Of a DNA stretch of 64,000 bases, positions 12,559 to 22,728 are shown one piece after another (within the stretch, counting starts at the first letter, position 1; each line of letters opens with the position of its first letter). The position numbers and the translations under genes are program-made. Where the stretch lies: assembly GCF_056712565.1 (NCBI RefSeq), contig NZ_CM160072.1; one strand, given 5' to 3'. A model generated the notes under the pieces. It was not told the DNA's origin. It searched no databases and saw only the letters and a program-made list of their open reading frames with translations.

Positions 12559-12580
12559 GCGGCGGTGAGAAGACCGCCGC
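12559..12580. terminator. Bidirectional hairpin terminator between convergent recG and gltS (GCGGCGGT...ACCGCCGC)
   Basis: Inverted repeat read from sequence between the two stop codons. Confidence 0.5.
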
Positions 12581-12588
12581 TTCATCGG

Positions 12589-13794
12589 TTAACCGGCAAA
12601 AATCGGCAACATCAAATACAGCTTAATCACCAGCGCATTGACGATATCGATAAAGAACGCACCGACCATCGGCACGACCAGGAACGCCATGTGCGACGGG
12701 CCAAAGCGTTCAGTGATCGCCTGCATGTTAGCGATTGCCGTTGGTGTCGCACCAAGGCCAAAGCCACAGTGACCCGCAGCCAGCACTGCCGCATCGTAGT
12801 TTTTGCCCATCATGCGCCAGGTAACGAAGATGGCATACAACGCCATGAAGATGGTCTGTACCACCAGAATCGCCAGCATCGGCAACGCCAGCGAAGCCAG
12901 CTCCCACAGTTTCAGCCCCATCAGCGCCATCGCCAGGAACAACGACAGGCTTACGTTACCCAGCACGGATACCGCTCGCTCAAAGACGCGGTAAAAGCCC
13001 ATCATTGACAGACCGTTGCTCAGAATCACGCCAACAAATAGTACACAGACAAAGGTCGGTAGTTCAAAAGCAGTACCAGCCAAAAGTTGCGCAACAATTT
13101 TCCCCACCGTCAGGCAGATAGCAATCAGCGCGATAGTTTCAATCAGCACCAGCGAGGTGATCATGCGGCCCACATCCGGCTTCTCGAACGCAGTCGGAAC
13201 TTCCTGATCATCCGGAATACCGTTCGGTGTGGTGGAGTGTTTCACCAGATAACGCGCCACCGGGCCACCGATCAGCCCGCCCAGCACCAAACCGAACGTT
13301 GCACAGGCCATCGCCACTTCTGTCGCATTGGTGAAGCCATAACGTTCAATGAACAATTTACTCCATGCAGCACCCGTACCGTGACCGCCCGAAAGCGTAA
13401 TAGAACCGGCCAGCAGCCCCATCAGCGGATCAAGCCCTAACAGGCTAGCCATACCAATGCCAATGGCATTTTGCATCACCAACAGGCCAACAACCACAAT
13501 CAGGAAAACCCCCACCACACGCCCACCAGCTCGCAGACTGGCAAGGTTGGCGTTCAGGCCAATGGTGGCGAAGAAAGCCAGCATCAACGGATCGCGCAGG
13601 GACATATCAAAGTTGACTTCCCAGCCCATGCTTTTTTTCAGTATCAGCAGCGCCAGCGCCACTAATAAACCACCCGCAACAGGTTCCGGTATGGTGTATT
13701 TTTTCAAAAAGGAGACGGAATGGACCAACTTGCGCCCGAGCAGCAACGTCAGCGTTGCGGCAACAAGCGTTGCTAAAGTATCGAGATGAAACAT
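12589..13794 (-). CDS. gltS: Sodium/glutamate symporter
   Basis: 401-aa polytopic membrane protein MFHLDTLATLVAATLTLLLGRKLV...; synteny after recG. Confidence 0.9.
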   Translation of the reverse strand: MFHLDTLATLVAATLTLLLGRKLVHSVSFLKKYTIPEPVAGGLLVALALLILKKSMGWEVNFDMSLRDPLMLAFFATIGLNANLASLRAGGRVVGVFLIVVVGLLVMQNAIGIGMASLLGLDPLMGLLAGSITLSGGHGTGAAWSKLFIERYGFTNATEVAMACATFGLVLGGLIGGPVARYLVKHSTTPNGIPDDQEVPTAFEKPDVGRMITSLVLIETIALIAICLTVGKIVAQLLAGTAFELPTFVCVLFVGVILSNGLSMMGFYRVFERAVSVLGNVSLSLFLAMALMGLKLWELASLALPMLAILVVQTIFMALYAIFVTWRMMGKNYDAAVLAAGHCGFGLGATPTAIANMQAITERFGPSHMAFLVVPMVGAFFIDIVNALVIKLYLMLPIFAG

Positions 13795-14073
13795 AGTTAC
13801 TCCTTTGTGTCCGCATCACTCTTTCATACTCGTCATACTTCATCGCGCATTTGCAGTAAGGCGAAATATGACGAGTATCGAGTCATGCTTTCCTGGTTCG
13901 AATTCTTAGCTGAAACTAGAAAAATGGCATGGATTTTAAGCAGAAAACAACTAAAAGTTATATAAAAAAGTACATTTATCTCATTTAAATATTTAGATGA
14001 GGATGTGGCAAACGTTTGCTTTTCTCTTTCGGTCAGCTAAAATGCCCGCTTTGCTACCACGGGATTGTTTTCG

Positions 14074-15465
14074 ATGTCTGTTTCCACCCTCGAGTCAGAA
14101 AATGCGCAACCGGTTGCGCAGACTCAAAACAGCGAACTGATTTACCGTCTTGAAGATCGTCCGCCGCTTCCTCAAACCCTGTTTGCCGCCTGTCAGCATT
14201 TGCTGGCGATGTTCGTTGCGGTGATCACGCCAGCGCTATTAATCTGCCAGGCGCTGGGTTTACCGGCACAAGACACGCAACACATTATTAGTATGTCGCT
14301 GTTTGCCTCCGGTGTGGCATCGATTATTCAAATTAAGGCCTGGGGTCCGGTTGGCTCCGGGTTGTTGTCTATTCAGGGCACCAGCTTCAACTTTGTTGCT
14401 CCGCTGATTATGGGCGGCACAGCGCTGAAGACCGGTGGTGCTGATGTTCCTACCATGATGGCAGCTTTGTTCGGCACGTTGATGCTGGCAAGTTGTACCG
14501 AGATGGTGATCTCCCGCGTTCTGCATCTGGCGCGCCGCATTATTACGCCGCTGGTTTCTGGCGTTGTGGTGATGATTATCGGCCTGTCGCTAATTCAGGT
14601 TGGGCTGACCTCCATTGGCGGCGGTTACGCAGCCATGAGCGATAACACCTTCGGCGCACCGAAAAATCTGCTGCTGGCAGGCGTGGTCTTAGCCTTAATT
14701 ATCCTGCTTAACCGTCAACGTAACCCTTACTTACGCGTGGCCTCACTGGTGATTGCGATGGCGGCCGGATATGCGCTGGCGTGGTTTATGGGCATGTTGC
14801 CAGAAAGCAACGAACCGATGACACAAGAACTGATTATGGTGCCAACGCCGCTCTATTACGGTCTTGGCATTGAATGGAGTCTGCTGCTGCCGCTGATGCT
14901 GGTCTTTATGATCACTTCGCTGGAAACCATTGGCGATATCACGGCGACCTCTGACGTTTCCGAACAGCCAGTGTCCGGTCCGCTGTACATGAAACGCCTG
15001 AAAGGCGGCGTACTGGCAAACGGCCTGAACTCGTTTGTCTCGGCGGTATTTAATACCTTCCCGAACTCCTGCTTCGGGCAGAACAACGGGGTGATCCAGT
15101 TAACCGGTGTTGCCAGCCGCTATGTCGGTTTTGTCGTCGCGCTGATGTTGATCGTGCTGGGTCTGTTCCCGGCAGTGAGCGGTTTTGTACAACACATTCC
15201 AGAACCGGTTCTGGGCGGCGCAACGCTTGTAATGTTTGGCACCATCGCCGCCTCCGGTGTGCGTATCGTTTCTCGTGAGCCGCTGAACCGCCGGGCGATT
15301 CTGATTATCGCGCTGTCGCTGGCGGTCGGTCTGGGCGTGTCTCAGCAGCCGCTGATTTTGCAGTTTGCCCCTGAATGGCTGAAAAACCTACTCTCCTCCG
15401 GGATTGCCGCGGGCGGTATTACTGCCATCGTGCTGAATCTGATTTTCCCACCAGAAAAACAGTAA
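14074..15465 (+). CDS. xanP: Xanthine permease (NCS2 family)
   Basis: [26 protein letters not shown]...; NCS2 transporter features; synteny. Confidence 0.9.
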
Positions 15466-15585
15466 TTCACTGGCGGCGGTAAGATAATTACCGCCGCAGT
15501 CTCACCTCTTTCACCATTCCCGCCTTGAGGATTGCGCGTAAATCGTGCATAACTCCCTTATGTGCATTTCACGGGATGGAAGACC

Positions 15586-17295
15586 ATGAAATTTATTGGG
15601 AAGCTGCTTCTCTACATTCTCATCGCTCTGTTAGTGGTGATCGCTGGCCTCTATTTTCTTCTGCAAACTCGCTGGGGAGCAGAACATATCAGCGCATGGG
15701 TTTCCGAGAATAGCGACTATCATCTGGCCTTCGGGGCGATGGATCACCGTTTTTCCGCGCCATCTCATATCGTGCTGGAGAACGTCACGTTTGGCCGTGA
15801 TGGCCAGCCCGCGCCCCTGGTGGCAAAAAGTGTCGACATTGCGCTAAGCAGTCGGCAACTGACCGAACCACGCCATGTCGATACCATCCTGCTGGAAAAC
15901 GGGACGCTGAATCTCACCGACCAGACCGCGCCGCTACCGTTTAAAGCCGATCGTCTGCAACTGCGTGATATGGCGTTTAATAGCCCGAATAGCGAATGGA
16001 AACTGAGCGCGCAGCGGGTAAATGGCGGCGTGGTTCCGTGGTCACCAGAAGCCGGTAAAGTGCTGGGTACGAAGGCACAGATTCAGTTTAGTGCCGGATC
16101 GCTTTCGCTCAATGATGTTCCTGCCACCAATGTACTGATTGAAGGCAGTATTGATAACGATCGCGTTACGCTGACTAACCTGGGTGCCGACATCGCCCGC
16201 GGGACATTAACCGGAAACGCGCAGCGTAACGCTGACGGCAGCTGGCAAGTGGAAAACCTGCGCATGGCGGATATCCGTCTACAAAGCGAAAAATCGCTAA
16301 CCGACTTCTTTGCACCATTACGCTCTGTCCCGTCGTTGCAGATTGGTCGCCAGGAAGTCATCGACGCTCGTTTGCAAGGTCCGGACTGGGCGGTGGCCGA
16401 CCTCGATCTCAGCTTGCGCAACATGACCTTCAGTAAAGATGACTGGCAGACACAGGAAGGTAAACTGTCGATGAACGCCAGCGAGTTTATTTATGGCTCG
16501 CTGCATTTATTTGATCCGATTATAAACGCGGAATTTTCCCCGCAGGGCGTAGCACTGCGCCAGTTCACCAGCCGCTGGGAAGGGGGTATGGTCAGAACGT
16601 CAGGAAACTGGCAACGCGACGGGAAAACGCTGATCCTCGATGATGCGGCAATTGCCGGACTGGAATATACCTTGCCCAAAAACTGGCAACAGTTGTGGAT
16701 GGAAACGACACCCGGTTGGTTAAACAGCCTGCAACTGAAGAGATTTAGCGCCAGCCGCAATCTGATCATTGATATCGACCCTGACTTCCCGTGGCAGCTC
16801 ACCGCGCTCGATGGTTACGGTGCCAATCTGACGCTGGTTACCGATCATAAATGGGGCGTCTGGAGTGGCTCGGCGAATCTGAATGCCGCCGCCGCAACGT
16901 TTAATCGTGTTGATGTCCGTCGTCCGTCGCTGGCGCTAACTGCCAACAGCAGCACGGTGAATATCAGCGAACTGAGTGCATTTACTGAAAAAGGCATTCT
17001 GGAAGCCACCGCCAGTGTTTCACAAACGCCACAACGTCAGACCCATATCAGCCTGAATGGACGCGGTGTGCCGGTGAATATTTTGCAACATTGGGGATGG
17101 CCTGAATTACCGTTGACTGGCGACGGCAATATTCAGCTTACCGCCAGTGGCGATATTCAGGTCAATGTCCCGCTGAAACCTACGGTTAGCGGGCAATTGC
17201 ATGCCGTGAATGCCGCAAAGCAGCAAGTGACTCAAACCATGAATGCGGGCGTAGTTTCCAGTGGTGAAGTTACGTCGACGGAGCCGGTGCAGTAA
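15586..17295 (+). CDS. yicH: AsmA-family protein YicH
   Basis: MKFIGKLLLYILIALLVVIAGLYFLL N-terminal anchor; size about 569 aa; synteny. Confidence 0.85.
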   Translation: MKFIGKLLLYILIALLVVIAGLYFLLQTRWGAEHISAWVSENSDYHLAFGAMDHRFSAPSHIVLENVTFGRDGQPAPLVAKSVDIALSSRQLTEPRHVDTILLENGTLNLTDQTAPLPFKADRLQLRDMAFNSPNSEWKLSAQRVNGGVVPWSPEAGKVLGTKAQIQFSAGSLSLNDVPATNVLIEGSIDNDRVTLTNLGADIARGTLTGNAQRNADGSWQVENLRMADIRLQSEKSLTDFFAPLRSVPSLQIGRQEVIDARLQGPDWAVADLDLSLRNMTFSKDDWQTQEGKLSMNASEFIYGSLHLFDPIINAEFSPQGVALRQFTSRWEGGMVRTSGNWQRDGKTLILDDAAIAGLEYTLPKNWQQLWMETTPGWLNSLQLKRFSASRNLIIDIDPDFPWQLTALDGYGANLTLVTDHKWGVWSGSANLNAAAATFNRVDVRRPSLALTANSSTVNISELSAFTEKGILEATASVSQTPQRQTHISLNGRGVPVNILQHWGWPELPLTGDGNIQLTASGDIQVNVPLKPTVSGQLHAVNAAKQQVTQTMNAGVVSSGEVTSTEPVQ

Positions 17296-17303
17296 AAATA
17301 AGG

Positions 17304-17329
17304 ACGCTAGCGGATATCAGCGCTAGCGT
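17304..17329 (-). terminator. Hairpin (ACGCTAGC...GCTAGCGT) with T-run on minus strand; likely terminator of the frz-like operon
   Basis: Inverted repeat just downstream (minus strand) of the cupin gene stop. Confidence 0.45.
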
Positions 17330-17338
17330 TCCCCGTTA

Positions 17339-18019
17339 TTAGCGCAAAATTCCATACTCACCGCACAATAACCATTTCACCGGTTCATCTTCTTCTATCG
17401 CCGGAAAACGTCCTCCCGGCTCAAGAAAATAATTATCGTGTTGGTCATCATTTACCATCGAGATTTCCCAGCCGAGAACAAACGCTTTTTCCGCCCAGAA
17501 GCGATGATACAGACGCGGCGGCAGGCAAATGCCCTGCCCCGGCTTTAGCACCAGCGTTTCACCAGGTTTCATGGTACGCCGCTGACCATCAACACTCACG
17601 GTAATGACTCGTTGATCATCACAGAGATTGGCTTCGTTGGCCCAGGCCAACCGCATGCATAAGTCTCCACCGCCCCGATTGAGGATATCTTCCATTTTGT
17701 GGGTGTGAAAATGCCAGGGAGTCTGCTGATCTTGTTGGATCTGCAACATTTTCTCAGCATACGGTTTTGGATATGCCGCCGACCCCAGCGCGCCGTTGCG
17801 CATCGTTAGCAGTGTTAGTCCCGTTTGGTTGAAATCACCACGACCAAAATCGGTGATATCCCAACCGAGCTGTAAGTCGACCACTTCTTGCCAGTTATCC
17901 CGTTCCCGCTGCAGCCAGTCATCCACCGTAAAATAGGCGAACTCTGGCAAACAAACGCGGAAGGTCTGCGCAATGGCATGTGCTTTATCAATAACATAAT
18001 TAATTTGTGAACGTTTCAT
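17339..18019 (-). CDS. Cupin-superfamily protein (possible sugar ketol-isomerase), last gene of frz-like operon
   Basis: ORF 17339..18058 in track, likely start MKRSQINY; matches the cupin gene described for the ExPEC frz operon. Confidence 0.7.
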   Translation of the reverse strand: MKRSQINYVIDKAHAIAQTFRVCLPEFAYFTVDDWLQRERDNWQEVVDLQLGWDITDFGRGDFNQTGLTLLTMRNGALGSAAYPKPYAEKMLQIQQDQQTPWHFHTHKMEDILNRGGGDLCMRLAWANEANLCDDQRVITVSVDGQRRTMKPGETLVLKPGQGICLPPRLYHRFWAEKAFVLGWEISMVNDDQHDNYFLEPGGRFPAIEEDEPVKWLLCGEYGILR

Positions 18020-18932
18020 TGGCTTCTCCGTTGCGCATAGCAAGCCAGGCAGCGCCACGCATTCCGCTACTGTCGCCGTGCTGTGCTTTTACAATGGGAG
18101 TGGTGAATTGATCGGTGAAAACCAGTGGAGCGACTTCTGCGTTCAGATCGGTGATAAGCAGTTCCACATTCGAAAGCCCGCCGCCGATCACAATCACGCC
18201 AGGGTCAACAACATTAACGATGGTTGCCAGCGTGCGGGCAAGCTGTTGGCGAAAACGTGCCACCTGCTGCATGGCACAAGCATCACCACGTTGTGCCAGG
18301 GTGACAATCGCCGCAGGAGTGAGCAAGTTACCAGTCATCTGTTGATAGCGTTCACTAAAACCGCTGCCGGAAACAAACGACTCCACGCAGTTGTGTTTGC
18401 CGCAATAGCAACTGACTGATGGACCATCTTCCTGCTCCGTATAGCCTGGCAACGTGATATGACCGCATTCGGCAGCATTTCCCCAGGCCCCTATAAACGG
18501 TCGTTGCTTGATGGCAATGCCACCGCCGCAGCCCGTACCAAGCGTAATACCAAATACCACGTCATAATCTTGCCCGGCACCGTCGCAAGCTTCTGATAGC
18601 GCGAAACAGTTACCATCATTGGCTATCACCACCGGTTGCCCAAGCAATTGCTGCAAATCAGCCTGTAACGCATGACCGTTAATCACCTGAATATTCGCGT
18701 TTTTAATCAGGCCAGTGAGTGGCGAGATACTGCCGGGTAAGGCGATCCCTGTCAGCATCGGTCGTTGAACGTCCCGCCTAATCTGCTCGATAAGCGCCAC
18801 AACGCATGAGACAAATTGTTGATATGTCGACTTTTGCGTCGGGCAGCGGTAACGGCGAATCTCCCAGCCATGCGCATCCATGACAACGGCGGCGATTTTG
18901 GTCCCACCAATATCCAACCCCAGATAGTGCAT
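18000..18932 (-). CDS. ROK-family sugar kinase
   Basis: MHYLGLDIGGTKIAAVVMD N-terminal ROK/ATPase motif; Cys-rich zinc motif (CYCGKHNC). Confidence 0.8.
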   Translation of the reverse strand: MHYLGLDIGGTKIAAVVMDAHGWEIRRYRCPTQKSTYQQFVSCVVALIEQIRRDVQRPMLTGIALPGSISPLTGLIKNANIQVINGHALQADLQQLLGQPVVIANDGNCFALSEACDGAGQDYDVVFGITLGTGCGGGIAIKQRPFIGAWGNAAECGHITLPGYTEQEDGPSVSCYCGKHNCVESFVSGSGFSERYQQMTGNLLTPAAIVTLAQRGDACAMQQVARFRQQLARTLATIVNVVDPGVIVIGGGLSNVELLITDLNAEVAPLVFTDQFTTPIVKAQHGDSSGMRGAAWLAMRNGEANETFTN

Positions 18933-18979
18933 ATCTCGTTCCTTGTTGCGTAAAAGGCGGGTCACCCCGCCCTTCTGGC

Positions 18980-19840
18980 TTAGTACAGTGATGCTTTACC
19001 GAGCGAACCGAACAGTTTCATTTTGTGGCGAATGACTTCCCGCGCCGCGTTAATCGCATCCGGATAGATGACGTTCGGGTCCCACCAGCTCTCTTTAGCG
19101 AGAATTTCACGCACTTTCTGGAAATAGGCGTATTTCATATCGCTGGAGATATTGATTTTGCCGACGCCGAGCGTAACTGATTCAGCAATCTCCGCGTCCG
19201 GGTTTGCCGAACCACCGTGTAGCACCAGCGGAATATCAATACGTCCGGCAATGTCGCGCAAAATGTCCATTTGCAGCTTCGGCTGCATCCCTTTTGGATA
19301 GATGCCATGCGCTGTACCAATCGCCACAGCCAGTGTGTCGGCACCTGTACGAGCAATAAAATCGGCGGCCTGCGCCGGATCTGTGTAGGTCACTTGTGAA
19401 ACACCACCTTCTACCGACGTTCCTGTTTGTCCGATGGTTCCCAGTTCACCCTCAACCGACACGCCAACCGCGTGAGCGAGGCGAACCACTTCTGCGGTCA
19501 GCGCCACGTTTTCTTCATACGGCAGCAGCGAACCGTCGATCATTACTGAGGTAAATCCGCAGCGAATCGCACGCAAAACATGCTCTACAGAGGCACCATG
19601 ATCGAGGTGCAGTACAAACGGGACCGGACTACGCTGGGTAATTTCGCGAACGTGAGCGAAAAAGGCATCGCCCACAAAATCATGTTCGCTGGGATGGATG
19701 GCAATAATCGCCGGAGTATTTGTCGCTTCTGCTTCATCCACGACTGCGCGAAGGAAACAGTTATCCGCCACATTAAATGCGCCAATGGCAAAGCCGTGCT
19801 GGCGGGTAGGTTGCAGTAATTCTTTCATCGAAACTAACAT
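18980..19840 (-). CDS. Class II ketose-1,6-bisphosphate aldolase (GatY/KbaY-like), paralog 2
   Basis: 286 aa; LHLDHG and GELG motifs typical of class II aldolases. Confidence 0.8.
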   Translation of the reverse strand: MLVSMKELLQPTRQHGFAIGAFNVADNCFLRAVVDEAEATNTPAIIAIHPSEHDFVGDAFFAHVREITQRSPVPFVLHLDHGASVEHVLRAIRCGFTSVMIDGSLLPYEENVALTAEVVRLAHAVGVSVEGELGTIGQTGTSVEGGVSQVTYTDPAQAADFIARTGADTLAVAIGTAHGIYPKGMQPKLQMDILRDIAGRIDIPLVLHGGSANPDAEIAESVTLGVGKINISSDMKYAYFQKVREILAKESWWDPNVIYPDAINAAREVIRHKMKLFGSLGKASLY

Positions 19841-19920
19841 GTTAAATCTCCAGTTTCAGCGTGTAGTCCGCCCTGCCGGTGCGTTATTGCACTGGCATAA
19901 AGGCCATGACAGAAAATGAA

Positions 19921-20772
19921 TCAGGCTTTGCCGATAGAGCCGCTCGCCTGTAAATACGGTGTAATCGCTTCTTCGAAGGCCAGTTCCATAGCTTTCAGCG
20001 CGTCCACCAGTTCAATGGATATATCGTGACAGAGGGTATGCAGGAGCGCGGATTTCCCCCGTTCAAAAATGGCCGCCCCCACGTTGATTTTTGCTACCCC
20101 CAGCGTCGTACAGAGCTGGAGCTGATCGAACGGCGTACCGCTACCGCCATGTAATGCCAGAGGCACGCTCGAGCAGCGCGAAATCTCCGCCAGACGCTGA
20201 AAATCAATAGCAGGTACAACGCCAGGCGCGTACATGCCGTGCGCCGTGCCTACCGAGACGGCCAGTAGATCAATGCCTGTCTGCGCGATAAACGGTTCCA
20301 CATCAGTGGGTTGCGTCATCAGGTCTGCATTGGCGGCCTGGTCGTAACGCGGCGCATCTGCCAGATGGCCCAGTTCGCCTTCCACGCAGAGCTGCGCGCT
20401 GGCGGCGAGTTCCACCACCGCCCTGGTCTGGCGCACGTTTTCCTCCAGGGGAAAAGCAGAAGCATCAATCATTAATCCGCTGAAACCAGCACGAAACGCC
20501 TGACGAATACAGTCCGGATTTTTGCCATGATCAAGCGCCAGAGCGACCGGTACTGAGGCAGATTCCGCGAGCGTTTTAACCACTGCCGCCGCGACGGGTG
20601 CAGGAAAATGCGCCAGATGCCCCTGATAGAGATTGAGAATGATCGGAGCGCGATTCTTCTCCGCCACGCGGATAGCTGCGTGAGCACTTTCCAGATTCAT
20701 ACAGTTGATCGCCAGCAAGGCGTAATGTTCATGCCAGGCTTTCATCACCATACTTTTCATATCGGCAAACAT
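19921..20772 (-). CDS. Class II ketose-1,6-bisphosphate aldolase (GatY/KbaY-like), paralog 1
   Basis: 283 aa; LALDHG and EGELG motifs. Confidence 0.8.
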   Translation of the reverse strand: MFADMKSMVMKAWHEHYALLAINCMNLESAHAAIRVAEKNRAPIILNLYQGHLAHFPAPVAAAVVKTLAESASVPVALALDHGKNPDCIRQAFRAGFSGLMIDASAFPLEENVRQTRAVVELAASAQLCVEGELGHLADAPRYDQAANADLMTQPTDVEPFIAQTGIDLLAVSVGTAHGMYAPGVVPAIDFQRLAEISRCSSVPLALHGGSGTPFDQLQLCTTLGVAKINVGAAIFERGKSALLHTLCHDISIELVDALKAMELAFEEAITPYLQASGSIGKA

Positions 20773-20783
20773 AGGGCCTCCGG

Positions 20784-21875
20784 TTATTCGAGGGTGAAAG
20801 TGATCTCTTCATCTTTCAGCTTTTGATCGCTCAGTTCGTCAAACTCTTCGTCGCGTTCCGTTACCGGTTTCTTCCAGAGTGAAAGCATCACGCCACAAAT
20901 CACCGTGCCTATACCCAGCGCCAGGCAAAACAGCAGAGGATGGGTGAACAGAGGCACAACAAACATGCCGCCATGCGGAACCGGACTCTCCACGCCCCAC
21001 ACCATGATTAAGCCGCCCGCGACCGCCGATGCCACCACACAAGATCCCACTACTCGCAGCAGGTCACGCGCGGCGATCGGAATGACTCCTTCAGTGATCA
21101 TGCAGATCCCCATCGGAAACGCGGCTTTCAGCGCCTCGCGCTCCGCACGGGTGTATTTATGGCGTGTCAGTAAGAACGAAAGTGTGATGCCAAACGGAGG
21201 GATGATTGAGCCGACAAATTTCACGGCTTCTGGTCCGTAGACGCCACTGACCAGCAAGCCATCGGAAAACAGCGACATGGTTTTGTTGACCGGACCACCG
21301 AAATCGAAGGTTGCCATCGCGCCAAGTATGGCCCCCATCAGGAAGCGCGATCCGCCCTGCATCGACTCGAGCAAATGAATCAGTGCTTCTTGTAACCAGG
21401 CGATGGGTTTACCAATCAGCGTCATCATTAACAGCCCACCGATAATGGTGCTTAATACCGGCAACACCATGATTGGCATGAGTCCTTGCATCGACTGCGG
21501 CAGGCGGATATAGCGTTTAAGTAGCAAAATGGTGTAGCCCACCAGGAAACCACCCAACATACCGCCAATAAATCCGGTATGGATTTGCCCACAGAGAAAG
21601 CCGACAATCAGGCCCGGGGCAAATCCGGGACGATCGGCAATAGAATAGGCAATTGCCGCGCTAATCAGCGGCACAATCAGCCCCATTCCCCAGCCGCCAA
21701 TCTGATTAAGCATCCACGGGATTGTTCCTGTTTTTTCACCAACATCTGTACCGCCAAGAACTTGCCCCAACGCAATACATATCCCGGCGGCCACAATAAG
21801 GGGTATCATCCACGAGATGCCGGTTAATAAATGTTTTTTAATTTCCTGTGAAACCGGAATTTTATTTTCTTTCAT
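20784..21875 (-). CDS. PTS fructose-family EIIC permease
   Basis: 363-aa polytopic membrane protein; gene order IIA-IIB-IIC. Confidence 0.8.
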   Translation of the reverse strand: MKENKIPVSQEIKKHLLTGISWMIPLIVAAGICIALGQVLGGTDVGEKTGTIPWMLNQIGGWGMGLIVPLISAAIAYSIADRPGFAPGLIVGFLCGQIHTGFIGGMLGGFLVGYTILLLKRYIRLPQSMQGLMPIMVLPVLSTIIGGLLMMTLIGKPIAWLQEALIHLLESMQGGSRFLMGAILGAMATFDFGGPVNKTMSLFSDGLLVSGVYGPEAVKFVGSIIPPFGITLSFLLTRHKYTRAEREALKAAFPMGICMITEGVIPIAARDLLRVVGSCVVASAVAGGLIMVWGVESPVPHGGMFVVPLFTHPLLFCLALGIGTVICGVMLSLWKKPVTERDEEFDELSDQKLKDEEITFTLE

Positions 21876-21899
21876 ATTAAGATCCCTCCAGTATAAGGA

Positions 21900-22214
21900 T
21901 CATTTGTTTCCCAGTGATTTTTCGACCTTTTCAAGAAATTGAACGGGCGATTTAATGACGATCTCTGTCTTTACTCGCACAATACGTTTATTGGTGAAGC
22001 GTTCTTCTCCTTTTATTTTCACATCTACAGCAAGAATCACGACGTCAGCAGCAGAGATATCTGCCGCCTGTAATTCATTTTCTGTACCAATGGTTCCCTG
22101 GGTTTCAACTTTAATGGTATGGCCCAGAGCTTTTGCTCCTTTGATTAACTTTTCACGAGCAATATAGGTATGAGCAATACCCGCCGTACAGGCGGCAACA
22201 CAGACAATATTCAT
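21900..22214 (-). CDS. PTS fructose-family EIIB
   Basis: 104 aa; N-terminal CVAACTAGIAHTY phospho-cysteine motif. Confidence 0.8.
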   Translation of the reverse strand: MNIVCVAACTAGIAHTYIAREKLIKGAKALGHTIKVETQGTIGTENELQAADISAADVVILAVDVKIKGEERFTNKRIVRVKTEIVIKSPVQFLEKVEKSLGNK

Positions 22215-22231
22215 GACATACTCCCTGTTAT

Positions 22232-22702
22232 TTAGAAGACATCGGATTGTGCATACTGACTAAAGAGATCAATGATTTTTTGCGGACTCGTCTCAACTAA
22301 CAATTGTTCTATGATGTCATCATCCGCCAGCGCGCCCGCGACCTGGGAAAGTAAACGGATATGGGTGGTATTTTGATCTTCAAGACGTACCGCAAATAAA
22401 ATAATACAGCGCACGCTACTGCCATCCAGCGTTTCCCAGGGAATATCCTGGCGGGTACGGCCAATTGCCAGCGTAGTATTAATCACAGCTGAAGATTTAC
22501 CATGCGGGATCGCAATATGATTTTCAAAACCAGTCGAGCCTTCCGCTTCGCGCTGCCAGACATCTTTAATAAAGGTTTCCCGACAATCGATCGCACCATC
22601 TTTTTTGAGAAGATTAGTTAATTCTTCAATCGCCTCCGCTTTATTCGTCGCTTGCATATCTAAAATAACGCGATTCGTATTCAGGATTTTTGTTATGTCC
22701 AT
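22232..22702 (-). CDS. PTS fructose/mannitol-family EIIA
   Basis: 156 aa; IAIPHGK phospho-histidine motif. Confidence 0.8.
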   Translation of the reverse strand: MDITKILNTNRVILDMQATNKAEAIEELTNLLKKDGAIDCRETFIKDVWQREAEGSTGFENHIAIPHGKSSAVINTTLAIGRTRQDIPWETLDGSSVRCIILFAVRLEDQNTTHIRLLSQVAGALADDDIIEQLLVETSPQKIIDLFSQYAQSDVF

Positions 22703-22728
22703 TCGTCATACCTCATAAAATTCTGACA

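Noticed and set aside
12565-13008. 147-aa plus-strand ORF antisense to gltS, and similar antisense ORFs inside recG, yicH, uhpB and ilvB
   Set aside because: Embedded in confidently identified genes on the other strand; biased Arg/His/Gln-rich composition typical of out-of-frame translation.
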